NCBI GenBank assembly: GCA_900539835.1
Contig: UQDR01000006.1
Coordinates: 34,255 to 98,254, forward strand
DNA: 64,000 nt
Direction of reading: 5' to 3'
Source: an uncultured Ruminococcus sp.
Lineage (GTDB): Bacteria > Bacillota > Clostridia > Oscillospirales > Ruminococcaceae
This document shows, one piece after another, positions 49,071 through 59,378 of this stretch. The notes beneath the pieces are model-generated. The model did no database searches, had not been told where the DNA came from, and was given only the letters and a program-made list of their open reading frames with translations. Position 1 is the first letter of the stretch, and each line of letters starts with the position of its first letter. Made by a program: the position numbers and the translations under genes.

Positions 49071-50317
49071 CATTTGAGAAACTATCGCCAAAACAAAGAA
49101 TGTTGATGAAATGGTGTCATGTTCCGTCAATGCGTGATAAGTATGACGCAGTTATTTGCGATGGAGCTGTACGTTCGGGTAAAACAGTTGTAATGATTAC
49201 ATCTTACATATTGTGGGCAATGAAAAATTTCAATAACGCTAACTTTGCAATCTGCGGAAAGACAGTGCAGTCAGCAGAGAGAAATATTATCACACCACTG
49301 CAAAGCATTATTGATATAACACATTATTTCCGTTTGTCGTATACAAGGTCGCTTCATATGCTGACCGTTGAAAACAAAGACATACGGAATTATTTTTACA
49401 TATTCGGCGGTCGTGACGAGAGTTCGGCGGCGCTTATTCAAGGCTTGACTTTGTCAGGCATACTGCTTGATGAGGTCGCCTTAATGCCACAGTCTTTTGT
49501 GGAACAGGCAGTAGCAAGAACACTTTCAGTTCCAACCGCTAAGCTTTGGTTTAACTGCAACCCGGAAAATCCTAATCATTATTTCTATAAAGAATGGATA
49601 TTAAAAGCTAATGAAAAGAAAGCATTGCATTTGCATTTTCTTATGCAGGATAATCCTATATTGACTCCTGAGGCTATAGCGAAAGCGGAAAGCAGATTTT
49701 CCGGTACTTTTTATGACCGCTTTGTCAAGGGACTATGGGTGGCAGCTGAGGGACTCATATATCCTGATCAAGCACAGGGTAAAGGCATTGTTCCTACGGT
49801 TGACAGGGATTATATCGCTTATTATGTATCATTAGATTATGGTACGCTTAATCCCTTTTCTGCCGGCCTTTGGGGTAAGTGTGACGGGGTTTGGTATCGT
49901 ATAAGGGAATATTACTATAACGGAAGAGAAAAAGGAGTACTGCTTACAGATGAGGAGTATTATCGAAACTTAGTGAAGTTTATAGGCGATATAAGAATTA
50001 ATTCAATAATAATTGACCCATCAGCAGCTTCTTTTATCGAATGCATTCGGCATCACGGAAGATTTGCAGTAACAAAGGCTAAAAATGATGTAGTTAGTGG
50101 CATAAGGCGAACAGCAGAAGCTTTTAAGTTAGGCAATATCAAAATAAATGATTGCTGTTCAAATTCAATTAATGAGTTTTCTCTATACCGTTGGGATGAA
50201 AAATCAACTGAGGATAAACCGATTAAGGAAAATGACCATGCTATGGACGAGATAAGATACTTTGTTAATACGATAAAAACCAATAAAGTTAGGGCAATAC
50301 AAGGATTTAGAATTTAG
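49067..50317 (+). CDS. terL: terminase large subunit (PBSX-type)
   Basis: Walker A CDGAVRSGKT plus a nuclease half. 416 aa. Confidence 0.85.
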   Translation: MTFEKLSPKQRMLMKWCHVPSMRDKYDAVICDGAVRSGKTVVMITSYILWAMKNFNNANFAICGKTVQSAERNIITPLQSIIDITHYFRLSYTRSLHMLTVENKDIRNYFYIFGGRDESSAALIQGLTLSGILLDEVALMPQSFVEQAVARTLSVPTAKLWFNCNPENPNHYFYKEWILKANEKKALHLHFLMQDNPILTPEAIAKAESRFSGTFYDRFVKGLWVAAEGLIYPDQAQGKGIVPTVDRDYIAYYVSLDYGTLNPFSAGLWGKCDGVWYRIREYYYNGREKGVLLTDEEYYRNLVKFIGDIRINSIIIDPSAASFIECIRHHGRFAVTKAKNDVVSGIRRTAEAFKLGNIKINDCCSNSINEFSLYRWDEKSTEDKPIKENDHAMDEIRYFVNTIKTNKVRAIQGFRI

Positions 50318-50328
50318 GAGGTGGAAAT

Positions 50329-51684
50329 TTGTTTACTATATCACGGGAAAAAGAGATAAACATACAGCTTGCTGCTAAGTTTATAAAAAAGCATACTGGT
50401 ATGCATGTGCATTTAAATAAACTCGAAAGTTACTACAGAGGACAGCACGAGATATTAAACAGGAAGCGCAGAGATGATTTACCAAATAACAAAGTCGTGG
50501 TAAATCGTGCAAAGTATATAGCAGATATTTCAGCAGGGTATCTTGCCGGAACTCCTGTAAATTATAAATCAGAAGAAAATATTGAAGCTCTTACGGATTT
50601 GCTGAAAATTGCTGACAGTGCCACACAGGACAGTGACCTTGCTCTTGACGGTGCGATTTACGGTCGCTCATTTGAGTTGGTGTATATGTCAGATGATGAA
50701 GTGCCGGTGCCAATGCTTGCAAAAATAGCTCCTCAAAGTGCATTTGTTGTGTATGACGATACAGTGGCGCATAAGCCTGTTTTTGGAGTTGTTTATTATA
50801 CGATATTTGATGATAATGATAGAACTACTGGATATAATTGTACTCTGTATACAGAGATGTTTACTCAAAACTTTGTTGTTGGAACATCTTATGATATTAT
50901 TTCACAAGACGAACCTACACGAAATATTTTTGGCATGGTACAACTGAATGAGATATGGAATAACCCTACTTGTCAAGGGGATTTTGAGCAGGTAATATCC
51001 TTAATTGATGCATATAACAGTCTAATGTCTAACAGGCTGAACGATAAAGACCAGTTTATTGATGCACTTCTTGCTATATATGGTGCGACACTTGGTGATA
51101 GCCATACTGAAAAAATTGAAAATTACAAATCTATAAAAGAAACTGGTACAGTTGAACTTCCGGAGGAGGCAAAGGCAGAATATCTGACAAGACAGTTAGA
51201 TGAAGCTTCAGTAGAAATATTGAGGAAATCTCTTAAAGAAGATATACATACAATTTCATTCGTGCCGGATATGTCAGACGAGAATTTTTGCGGAAATTCT
51301 TCAGGTGTTGCAATGTCATACAAGATACTCGCTTTTGAGCTTATGACAAAAACGAAAGAACGTTTTTTCAAGGAGGGATTAAAATACCGTTTAAAGCTAT
51401 TTTATAATATTTTAGAGTTGAGAAATCAAGCTAATTTCGACTTGAACAATATTGAAATAAACATGACAAGAAGCTTGCCTTCAAATACGCAGGAAACTGC
51501 TAATATAGTAGCAACACTGCAAGGGATTTGTTCAAAAGAAACGCTTATTTCTCAGCTGCCCTTTGTTGACGATCCAGCCGATGAAATGCAAAAGCTAAAA
51601 AATGAGCAGAATGAATCTTTAGAGTATCAGCAGTCCATATTTGCAGTACATGACGGTGATGACAATGCAGATGATGAGAAGTGA
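50329..51684 (+). CDS. portal protein (SPP1 gp6-like)
   Basis: 451 aa, located immediately after terL. Confidence 0.7.
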   Translation: MFTISREKEINIQLAAKFIKKHTGMHVHLNKLESYYRGQHEILNRKRRDDLPNNKVVVNRAKYIADISAGYLAGTPVNYKSEENIEALTDLLKIADSATQDSDLALDGAIYGRSFELVYMSDDEVPVPMLAKIAPQSAFVVYDDTVAHKPVFGVVYYTIFDDNDRTTGYNCTLYTEMFTQNFVVGTSYDIISQDEPTRNIFGMVQLNEIWNNPTCQGDFEQVISLIDAYNSLMSNRLNDKDQFIDALLAIYGATLGDSHTEKIENYKSIKETGTVELPEEAKAEYLTRQLDEASVEILRKSLKEDIHTISFVPDMSDENFCGNSSGVAMSYKILAFELMTKTKERFFKEGLKYRLKLFYNILELRNQANFDLNNIEINMTRSLPSNTQETANIVATLQGICSKETLISQLPFVDDPADEMQKLKNEQNESLEYQQSIFAVHDGDDNADDEK

Positions 51685-53158
51685 TGAATATCTCATCAAG
51701 TGTGCCGAAAAGCGTATGGAAAGTTATATGCATACTGCTGATAAGACAGCACATAAGATAAGTGACGTTTATCAAAATGCTCTTAGAGAACTAAAGAGAC
51801 CGCTTGAAAGCATATTCAAGGGCTTGTCGGTCGGCATATCAAATGCAGAGGTAAAGAGAATACTGAACGTTGTTGACAACACGGATATTGATGAGCTTTT
51901 CAAAAAAGCTGTTGAGAATATATCTGATCCTGATACTAAGCAGATTATGCAAAACGAGTTTAAAAGACCTGCAATAAAAGCAAAGGTCAATCAGATTAAG
52001 TCGCTTTCTGAGAAGATAAAAGCTACCTGCAAGGCTGTTATTGAAAGTACAACCAAGCTTACAGATGATTGTCTTAGTGAGCTTATACCTTATGCCTATT
52101 ATCACAGTGCTTATGACAAACAGCACAGCAGCGGCATGGGAATGTTCCTGCCTTTGCTTACAGAAGAACGTATAGATGAAATACGTCTTACAAACTGGAG
52201 CGGTATTCGTTATCCTGAACGTATCAGAAACAACAGTACAAGACTTGCAGATTTGCTCACAGCAGAGGTGTTGACTGGTTTTCTTACGAAGAAAAATCAG
52301 ATACGAATGGCTGAAATAATGGCACAACGAATAGCAGAGGCTTTTAACAGGTCATACACGCTGTTAAGGACAGAAGCTTGTTTTGTTACCAATCAAGCCG
52401 AACTTCAGAGCTATGTTGATAATGCTGTGCAGAAATATAGATACGTCGCTGTACTTGATATGCGTACATCAAAGATGTGCAGGCTACTTGACGGACAGGA
52501 GTTTGATGTTGACAAGGCTATAGTTGGTATTAACTTTCCGCCGTTACATCCACATTGCCGGTCAACGACACGTCCGATTATTGACGGAGAGGATTTATCC
52601 GAACAGGAACGCAATGCACTTGACCCTGAAACTGGCGAAACAATGACTGTTCCTGCGGATATGACTTATGGCGAGTGGTATGATAAGTATGTTAATAAGG
52701 CAAAACCAATAGACTTATTCAATGACTATGATGTATCAGAAAATTATGAAATAACATCACAAAAAATAGTTGATGATTTAAGCACCAGTGCTATTGGGCG
52801 TCAAACACTTAGAGATGTAGAAAATCTTCCAAAAAGAATTAAACTTACTACTGAATATAAAGAAAATGGAGTTCGTGGGGATGAACTAAACGGAGAAATT
52901 AGAATATTTCTCCGTAATTGTAAAGATGAAAAATGGGCAGCACGTACTATAATTCATGAATGCACTCACTGGAAATATGGAATAGGCTATAGTCAGTGGT
53001 CAGAAGCTGTATGTGTTGCACAAGAATTAAAACATGCTCGTAACCGTGATTATTTGACAATATCAGAGAAAAGGAGTATAATAAAAGCAGTAAAGGAAAC
53101 ATATCCTGAATTGAATTGGAAAAATGGAGGAATGACTAATGGCAGAAAAAAGCGTTGA
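51641..53158 (+). CDS. MuF-like (SPP1 gp7) minor head morphogenesis protein with a C-terminal HExxH-containing extension
   Basis: The MuF core covers roughly residues 1-330. A C-terminal domain of about 170 aa contains IIHECTHW. Confidence 0.65.
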   Translation: MQYMTVMTMQMMRSDEYLIKCAEKRMESYMHTADKTAHKISDVYQNALRELKRPLESIFKGLSVGISNAEVKRILNVVDNTDIDELFKKAVENISDPDTKQIMQNEFKRPAIKAKVNQIKSLSEKIKATCKAVIESTTKLTDDCLSELIPYAYYHSAYDKQHSSGMGMFLPLLTEERIDEIRLTNWSGIRYPERIRNNSTRLADLLTAEVLTGFLTKKNQIRMAEIMAQRIAEAFNRSYTLLRTEACFVTNQAELQSYVDNAVQKYRYVAVLDMRTSKMCRLLDGQEFDVDKAIVGINFPPLHPHCRSTTRPIIDGEDLSEQERNALDPETGETMTVPADMTYGEWYDKYVNKAKPIDLFNDYDVSENYEITSQKIVDDLSTSAIGRQTLRDVENLPKRIKLTTEYKENGVRGDELNGEIRIFLRNCKDEKWAARTIIHECTHWKYGIGYSQWSEAVCVAQELKHARNRDYLTISEKRSIIKAVKETYPELNWKNGGMTNGRKKR

Positions 53159-53324
53159 TTTATTAACCAAATTGCAAAAAGGCGAAATGGTTGAATGTTT
53201 AAAATGTCATAAAGGTCATTACATTCCTTATAATACGACTCCGGATAAAGCTCATTATTTTAGTTGTTCTAATAAAGAGTGTGATGGCCATTTTCATTGG
53301 GACCCAGTAATTAATATTGAATAA
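53139..53324 (+). CDS. small zinc-ribbon protein
   Basis: CLKCHKG..CSNKECDG. Overlaps the MuF gene end by 20 nt. Confidence 0.45.
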   Translation: MAEKSVDLLTKLQKGEMVECLKCHKGHYIPYNTTPDKAHYFSCSNKECDGHFHWDPVINIE

Positions 53325-53346
53325 AAAGAAGATTGAGGGTGGTTTA

Positions 53347-53724
53347 ATGAAAAGCAAGTCATTGAAGATTATATTTTTTATAACGAGTATAGTCGTTTTA
53401 GTTGGTATAATAACAGGAATTGTGATGTATCGTAGAACGGCTTGGAAAAGAAATTTTGAAATAAAGTATTTAGACTATGATGATGGGGTGTATTCATATT
53501 CAATTACTAACTTGACACAAAATACATATAAAAATGTTAAAGCTGTTATACATGTTGATAATTCTGGATATGATTATTCATTTGAATCATTAGTCGGAAC
53601 GATTCATCAAAACGAAACAGTTGAGTATGAACTTTATTTTAATGAGGCTAAAAAAGTAGCAGAAGAGAAAAATATAAAGTTGCTTATGGCAAATCTTGAT
53701 ATTGAAAGGCTTACATGGTCTTAA
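53347..53724 (+). CDS. single-pass membrane protein (moron)
   Basis: TM IIFFITSIVVLVGIITGIVMY. AT-rich. Confidence 0.4.
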   Translation: MKSKSLKIIFFITSIVVLVGIITGIVMYRRTAWKRNFEIKYLDYDDGVYSYSITNLTQNTYKNVKAVIHVDNSGYDYSFESLVGTIHQNETVEYELYFNEAKKVAEEKNIKLLMANLDIERLTWS

Positions 53725-53791
53725 AATATTTTAAACCGTTCTATAAAATAGGGCGGTTTTTGTATTATAAGCAGCACTTCAAAAAAACGAA

Positions 53792-54043
53792 GTGATATAT
53801 ATTGGAAACAATAAATCTTACGAAGGAGTTGGTGGACATCTCTTTGCAATAGCGGCTCAAACTTCCGTTGATAAAGGATATGGTGGTTTCATTTATTTTG
53901 AAGCAAAAAATATAGAATTAGTTCAACACTATCAAGAAGCATTTGGTGGAAAGCTTATAGGCGGAGTACACCAATATCGAATGATTATTGATGAGGACGC
54001 AGCCAAAGAGTTGTTAAGTAAATATACGCTGAAAGGAGAATAA
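53792..54043 (+). CDS. short GNAT-like C-terminal fragment protein
   Basis: 83 aa with a GTG start. Resembles the acetyl-CoA binding half of a GNAT. Confidence 0.3.
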   Translation: MIYIGNNKSYEGVGGHLFAIAAQTSVDKGYGGFIYFEAKNIELVQHYQEAFGGKLIGGVHQYRMIIDEDAAKELLSKYTLKGE

Positions 54044-54045
54044 CT

Positions 54046-54255
54046 ATGTCTGAGCAAGATATTAGAAACATGAAAAAATTAGACGAGTTAGCTGAAAAGG
54101 CCGGGGGCTATGTCGCACTTCCGAATTCATCAAACCGCAGTAATAAATTTGACGAAGATTTTTCGGTAATGCGTAGATATTGCATAAAAAACAACAAAAA
54201 ATTTTCGGAATTGACAGAAAAAGATTATGAAAGAATGGGAATAAGACCATTTTAA
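54046..54255 (+). CDS. hypothetical protein
   Basis: 69 aa. Confidence 0.3.
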   Translation: MSEQDIRNMKKLDELAEKAGGYVALPNSSNRSNKFDEDFSVMRRYCIKNNKKFSELTEKDYERMGIRPF

Positions 54256-54483
54256 CAGCTTATTAGCTCATAAAGTTACAAACTGAATAATAGCACGTTG
54301 ATTAATTTCAGCGTGCTATTTTTATACCTAAAATCAGACTGGAGGTGATAACATGATAATAGGAGATAAGGAGATAAAAGAAATAATAGTTACCACAAAG
54401 GATGATGAGCTTGTGGCAACTATTACAGATGAAAATATTATTGCGGAGAATAGTTTTAATGTAATACTGAGGGGCGATTAAGA

Positions 54484-54720
54484 TTATCCTAAGTTATTGT
54501 TCCTTGTTTTGTCTGGATTTGAAACGGGTGTATCAACACCATTAATGTTTCTAATGTGGTAATTATCATAGTGACCGTTTTTTATTTCATCAACGAATTG
54601 ACTTCTTGTCATGTCTGCTCCAGTAAAATTATCATGGAAACGTTCATTTCGACCAGAATCAGATTCTTCTGTGACTTTTATTCTTTTAGGCATAAACATA
54701 TCCCCCTTATAAGCAACCAC
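54484..54720 (-). CDS. DUF3892-like small protein (moron, opposite strand)
   Basis: 78 aa. The segment GHYDNYHIRNINGVDTPVSNPD resembles DUF3892. Confidence 0.4.
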   Translation of the reverse strand: MVAYKGDMFMPKRIKVTEESDSGRNERFHDNFTGADMTRSQFVDEIKNGHYDNYHIRNINGVDTPVSNPDKTRNNNLG

Positions 54721-54873
54721 CCCTCAATATTAACCCAAATATATCATATTATTACAATAAAGTCAAATGTCTAAAAGAATGCTACAAAAATTAATTAAAT
54801 ATCGGAACTAAGCACTTTGCTTCGGCAAGGTGCTTTTTTCATACAATTTTTTAAGAAAGAGAGGTAAAAAGTA

Positions 54874-55527
54874 ATGTATCAGTCAAAACTTAATCCCATA
54901 ATGGCAGGGATAAGAATTCCCATGCAGTTTTTTGCAGAGGCAGATCCGCCAAACGGAGGGGCGGGGAACGAACCACCAAATGATTCAACGAACAACATAA
55001 CTCTTGAACAAGTTTTTAGTGCTTTTAAGCCTGAGGATATACTCGGCTCAGAAAGCATGAAACAGGCATTGCAGAGTTATACTCAAACAGCTGTAAACCA
55101 AGCTAAAGAACAATGGGAACAAGAGAACCTTGACAACTTGGATGAAGCCAAGAAGCTTGAAAAGATGTCGGCTGCGGAACGTGAGAAATACAAATTCAAT
55201 AAAGAAAAGCTTGAATTTGAAAAGGAAAAGAAAGCGTTTGAACATAGCCAGCTTGAAGTATCTGTGGGTTCTGAACTTCAGAAAAGAGGACTGCCAGCCG
55301 AGTTTTCAAAGTTTCTCACTGCTGATAATGCAGAAAATTCAAAGGCTCAAATTGATGAGTTTGAAACAGCTTTTAATAATGCTGTATCAAATGCAGTCAA
55401 TGAAAAACTGAGAGGTACTCCGCCAAAGGGCGGCAGTAACAACCCACCAGAAAAGAAAATGTCACTTGCAGAGGCAATGGCATATAAAAATGCTCACCCA
55501 GACGCAGACATTAAAACATTAATTTAA
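54874..55527 (+). CDS. capsid scaffolding protein
   Basis: Coiled-coil, acidic/Lys-rich 217-aa protein directly upstream of the major capsid gene. Confidence 0.65.
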   Translation: MYQSKLNPIMAGIRIPMQFFAEADPPNGGAGNEPPNDSTNNITLEQVFSAFKPEDILGSESMKQALQSYTQTAVNQAKEQWEQENLDNLDEAKKLEKMSAAEREKYKFNKEKLEFEKEKKAFEHSQLEVSVGSELQKRGLPAEFSKFLTADNAENSKAQIDEFETAFNNAVSNAVNEKLRGTPPKGGSNNPPEKKMSLAEAMAYKNAHPDADIKTLI

Positions 55528-55541
55528 GGAGGTAATAAATT

Positions 55542-56606
55542 ATGCCAGGAATTTTTGATTCAAAAAACTTTAATTCAGAGGTGTTCGGAGCTTATGTTGA
55601 AAAGACTCCAAACCTCAACAGAAACGAGCTTATAAAATCAAGAGCTATTAAAACAAGACAGGATATCGCTGATAGTTTTAAGGAACAGGTTGGAGGCAAC
55701 TACATGGTAACTCCGATTTTTGGTCGTATCGGAGGAGAAGCTCTTAACTATGATGGAAAAACTGATATCACTTCAACAAGCAGCAAGACATATACACAAG
55801 GCCGTATTGTTGTCGGAAGATCTAAAGGTTGGGTAGAAAACGATTTTTCATACGACATCACAGGCGGAGCCGATTTTCTTGCTCAGGCTGCTTCACAGGT
55901 CGGAGAGTATTGGGACGAGGTAGACCAGTCGACTATTCTTTCAACACTTAAGGGTATTTTCTCAATGACAGGTGCAGAAAACCTTAAGTTTGTAAACGGT
56001 CATACACTTGATATTTCAGGCAAAACAGATGGAGTATTCGGAGCAACAACTCTGAATACCGCTATGCAGAAAGCTTTGGGTGACAATAAGGCAAAATTCA
56101 GTCTTGCGATTATGCACTCAGCTGTTGCAACAAATCTTGAAAACCTTCAGCTGTTGGATTACATGAAATATACCGATAAGGACGGTGTTCAGCGTAATCT
56201 CGCACTTGCGACACTTAACGGTAGAGTTGTTCTAATTGATGATGGAATGCCGGTTGAGGAAGTTCCTGCGTCCGGTTCAGGAGATTCAGCTGTAGAAGCA
56301 TATACAAAGTATACTACATATGTACTTGGTGACGGTGCAATTGAGTATACAAACTGTGGTGCAAAGGTGCCATATGAAACAGCAAGAGATCCAAAAGTCA
56401 ACGGCGGTCAGGATACACTTTACAGCAGACAGCGTAAAGTATTTGCTCCTTGTGGTATTTCTTGGACTGACAGTTCGATCATTTCTCCTACTGCGTCACA
56501 GTTGGAAACAGGATCAAAGTGGTCGCTTGCTAATTCCAACGGAAGCACAAAGGAATATTTCCCTCACAAAGCTATTCCTATTGCAAGAGTTATTACAAGG
56601 GGATAA
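55542..56606 (+). CDS. major capsid protein
   Basis: 354 aa, strong RBS, position after the scaffold. Confidence 0.7.
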   Translation: MPGIFDSKNFNSEVFGAYVEKTPNLNRNELIKSRAIKTRQDIADSFKEQVGGNYMVTPIFGRIGGEALNYDGKTDITSTSSKTYTQGRIVVGRSKGWVENDFSYDITGGADFLAQAASQVGEYWDEVDQSTILSTLKGIFSMTGAENLKFVNGHTLDISGKTDGVFGATTLNTAMQKALGDNKAKFSLAIMHSAVATNLENLQLLDYMKYTDKDGVQRNLALATLNGRVVLIDDGMPVEEVPASGSGDSAVEAYTKYTTYVLGDGAIEYTNCGAKVPYETARDPKVNGGQDTLYSRQRKVFAPCGISWTDSSIISPTASQLETGSKWSLANSNGSTKEYFPHKAIPIARVITRG

Positions 56607-56611
56607 TTGCT

Positions 56612-56926
56612 ATGGAAATGGACATTCAACAGCTCGAAAGGCTCCAAAAGCGTGTCTGTGATAATAATACGGTATTGCTTAATGAACTCCTTGAATCAGC
56701 GAAAAATATCATATTGTCAAAACGCTATCCCTGCTCTGATTATCCTAATGAACTTGAAAACCGCTATAAGGATTTACAAGTCCGTATAGCGGTTGATTTG
56801 TATAACAAATTAGGTGCTGAGGGTGAGCTTGCACACAGTGAAAACGGTGTTTCTCGTTCGTATGGTGCTGAAAATGTATCAACTGATTTGCTAAAAGAAA
56901 TAGTGCCTAAGGTCGGTGTTATCTAA
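56612..56926 (+). CDS. head-tail connector (gp6-like)
   Basis: 104 aa, positional assignment. Confidence 0.5.
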   Translation: MEMDIQQLERLQKRVCDNNTVLLNELLESAKNIILSKRYPCSDYPNELENRYKDLQVRIAVDLYNKLGAEGELAHSENGVSRSYGAENVSTDLLKEIVPKVGVI

Positions 56927-57285
56927 TGCAAAACCTTAGAAGAAATCAAAGCGTTGTGTATTACAAAAACTATGTCAAAGATATTGAAATTGTTGACGAG
57001 TACGGTAATGTAACAGGCTCTTATGATAAAGAATACGGAAAGTTGAAAAAGATATCAATTTCCGTATCCGGTAATATGGGTACATCTGAGTATCAAACAT
57101 TCGGCAGGAGTCTTGATTATGATCGTACTCTTTCTACGTCTGATATGTCATGTGATATAGATGAAAACAGTATATTGTGGCTTGACGGTGCAGATACTGA
57201 CAAGCCGCATAATTATATTGTTAAAAAGCGTTCTGCTACAATTAATCAAATCCAGTTCGCCGTAAAGCAGGTGAATGTACAGTGA
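56926..57285 (+). CDS. head closure/adaptor protein
   Basis: Positional assignment. Confidence 0.45.
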   Translation: MQNLRRNQSVVYYKNYVKDIEIVDEYGNVTGSYDKEYGKLKKISISVSGNMGTSEYQTFGRSLDYDRTLSTSDMSCDIDENSILWLDGADTDKPHNYIVKKRSATINQIQFAVKQVNVQ

Positions 57286-57797
57286 AAAAGATTACTGTTA
57301 AACTTTCTTCCAAAGGAATTGATGAAGCAATAAAACAGCTTCAGGAATACAAAAAATCCATCAAAGAAAAGTCACAGCTTCTTATACAAAAGCTTGGTGA
57401 CTATGGCTTGGAGATATGCAGAGCTAAAGTAGTGGAAATGGATATACAGGACACAGGACGTTTATTAAGTACAGTTAACGGATATTATAATCCAAGTTTG
57501 AACTCAGGATTTATTACTGTTGACTGTAATTATGCTGTTTTTGTTGAGTTTGGTACAGGCACAAGAGGCATGGGCAAACCTTATCCTGCTGGAGAAATAA
57601 TGGCTGAAGTCGGTTATCAATACATGGGCGGAACAAAGTATGTAACGTTGCTTGACGGTAGAATTGGTTGGTATTATCCAGTCAGTGACGGAACTTGGAG
57701 ATTTACAGAAGGTTTACCGTCAAGACCGTTTATGTATGAAACCGCTTTAGAAATGCGCCGTAAATTAGACAGTTTGATTAAGGAGGTCTTTAAATGA
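57282..57797 (+). CDS. HK97 gp10-like neck/tail-completion protein
   Basis: Positional assignment. Confidence 0.45.
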   Translation: MKKITVKLSSKGIDEAIKQLQEYKKSIKEKSQLLIQKLGDYGLEICRAKVVEMDIQDTGRLLSTVNGYYNPSLNSGFITVDCNYAVFVEFGTGTRGMGKPYPAGEIMAEVGYQYMGGTKYVTLLDGRIGWYYPVSDGTWRFTEGLPSRPFMYETALEMRRKLDSLIKEVFK

Positions 57798-58201
57798 TAG
57801 ACATTGAACCAGAAGTATTTAATAAGATCGCCATTTCCTTACGCAATAAATTTAAAGGGATATATGTTATGGGTGAAATAATTGATACGGTAAATGAAAG
57901 GTTTCCGGCGGTGTCAATTATTGAAAAAAGTAATACAGTAGATCAAACGGCTATAGATAGCGGAAGTATAGAAAACTATGCTGATTTGATGTATGAGGTT
58001 AATATATACAGTAACCTTAAAACGGGAAAGAAACAGCAAGCTAAAAATATTGCAAAACATATTGACAGCATTTTTGCAGATATGGGATTCATACGCACAA
58101 TTTGCTATCCAATCGATAACTTGTCAGCTCCGACTATATACCGCATATTTGCACGGTATGAGGGCAAGGCAGACGAAAATAAAAATATATTTAGAAAGTA
58201 G
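57794..58201 (+). CDS. tail-completion/terminator protein
   Basis: Positional assignment. Confidence 0.45.
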   Translation: MIDIEPEVFNKIAISLRNKFKGIYVMGEIIDTVNERFPAVSIIEKSNTVDQTAIDSGSIENYADLMYEVNIYSNLKTGKKQQAKNIAKHIDSIFADMGFIRTICYPIDNLSAPTIYRIFARYEGKADENKNIFRK

Positions 58202-58210
58202 GTAAAACTT

Positions 58211-58627
58211 ATGGAAAAAACAACAATTAATACTTTTTTATACTCTGGTAATTCGGCAGAAAGTTTGAGTAAGCTTGTTGATATAACAAGCTATCCTGAT
58301 GTTATGTCACCGCCTGAAAAGGTTGACGTTTCCGACCTTTCAAGTAAACAGAAAAAATATACAGACGGAATGGTTGATTTGCCCGACTATGAGTTTGGTG
58401 CAAATTATACCGTTTCGGCTTATAACAAATTGAATAGCATGAAAGACAACGAACAATTTTTTGAATTAAGATTTGGGAAAAATGGTGAATACGGTAAATT
58501 CAAATGGAAGGGTACGTTATTCCCGATCGTTTCAGGCGGAGATGTAGGCGGAAAAAGAGAAATGAAAATTACATGTTACCCTGCGACAGAAGTTGAATTT
58601 GAATATACCGCACCAACAGCAGAATAA
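58211..58627 (+). CDS. major tail protein
   Basis: 138 aa, located upstream of the chaperone pair and the TMP. Confidence 0.55.
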   Translation: MEKTTINTFLYSGNSAESLSKLVDITSYPDVMSPPEKVDVSDLSSKQKKYTDGMVDLPDYEFGANYTVSAYNKLNSMKDNEQFFELRFGKNGEYGKFKWKGTLFPIVSGGDVGGKREMKITCYPATEVEFEYTAPTAE

Positions 58628-58649
58628 TCTAAAAAATTGTAATTAAGGA

Positions 58650-58991
58650 GTGTTTAATATGGCAGTTATAAGATTTAATTTTGAAGGTAAGAATTATGTA
58701 CTTGGTTTTAACAGAAAGACTGTAAAACAGATGGAAAATGAGGGCTTTAATTTTGACGATATGGGGATTAAGCCTTTAACTTGTGTTTCTGATCTGTTTG
58801 CCGGTGCATTTAAAATGAATCACCGTTTCGAGAAAAGAGAAGTGATTGAAAGAATTCACGCAAATATAAGAGATAAAGATAAGATTACAGAAAAGCTTGT
58901 ACAGATGTATTCTGATACTATTAAAAGCTTAATGGCTGATGATGACAGTGAGGAAAATGAAAATTTGATCGACTGGAGCATGGACGAGTAG
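58650..58991 (+). CDS. tail assembly chaperone (G-like)
   Basis: Position between the major tail protein and the TMP, with an acidic C-terminus. Confidence 0.6.
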   Translation: MFNMAVIRFNFEGKNYVLGFNRKTVKQMENEGFNFDDMGIKPLTCVSDLFAGAFKMNHRFEKREVIERIHANIRDKDKITEKLVQMYSDTIKSLMADDDSEENENLIDWSMDE

Positions 58992-59059
58992 AAAGCCATG
59001 CTCCTAAGTCATATACGGAAATATTTAATGAAAACTTTCCGTTTTACTTATCTATAGGG

Positions 59060-59362
59060 ATGACAGCTGAAGAATATTGGGAGGGCGACAGTGCTCTCCC
59101 AATTTTTTATAGAAAATCTTTTGCATTGAAGCAGAAAAGAGATTTAGAAAATATGGATTGCAGGGCATGGCTTAACGGTAGATATATTACAGAAGCTATT
59201 TCCGCATGTTTTGGAAAAGATTTTAATTATCCTGATAAACCATATAGCTATAAGAAAGCAGAAGAAAATGAATTAAATGAAAGTAAAACCGAAGAAGAAA
59301 TAATGATTGAAAATGTTGAACGTTTCCGTATGCTTGTAGAAGCTAAAAATAAACAAAAGTAA
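59060..59362 (+). CDS. tail assembly chaperone frameshift extension (GT-like, -1 frame)
   Basis: The -1 frame is open from at least 58982 through 59362, across the stop of the 58650 ORF. Confidence 0.5.
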   Translation: MTAEEYWEGDSALPIFYRKSFALKQKRDLENMDCRAWLNGRYITEAISACFGKDFNYPDKPYSYKKAEENELNESKTEEEIMIENVERFRMLVEAKNKQK

Positions 59363-59378
59363 AGGCGGTGAAAAAAGA

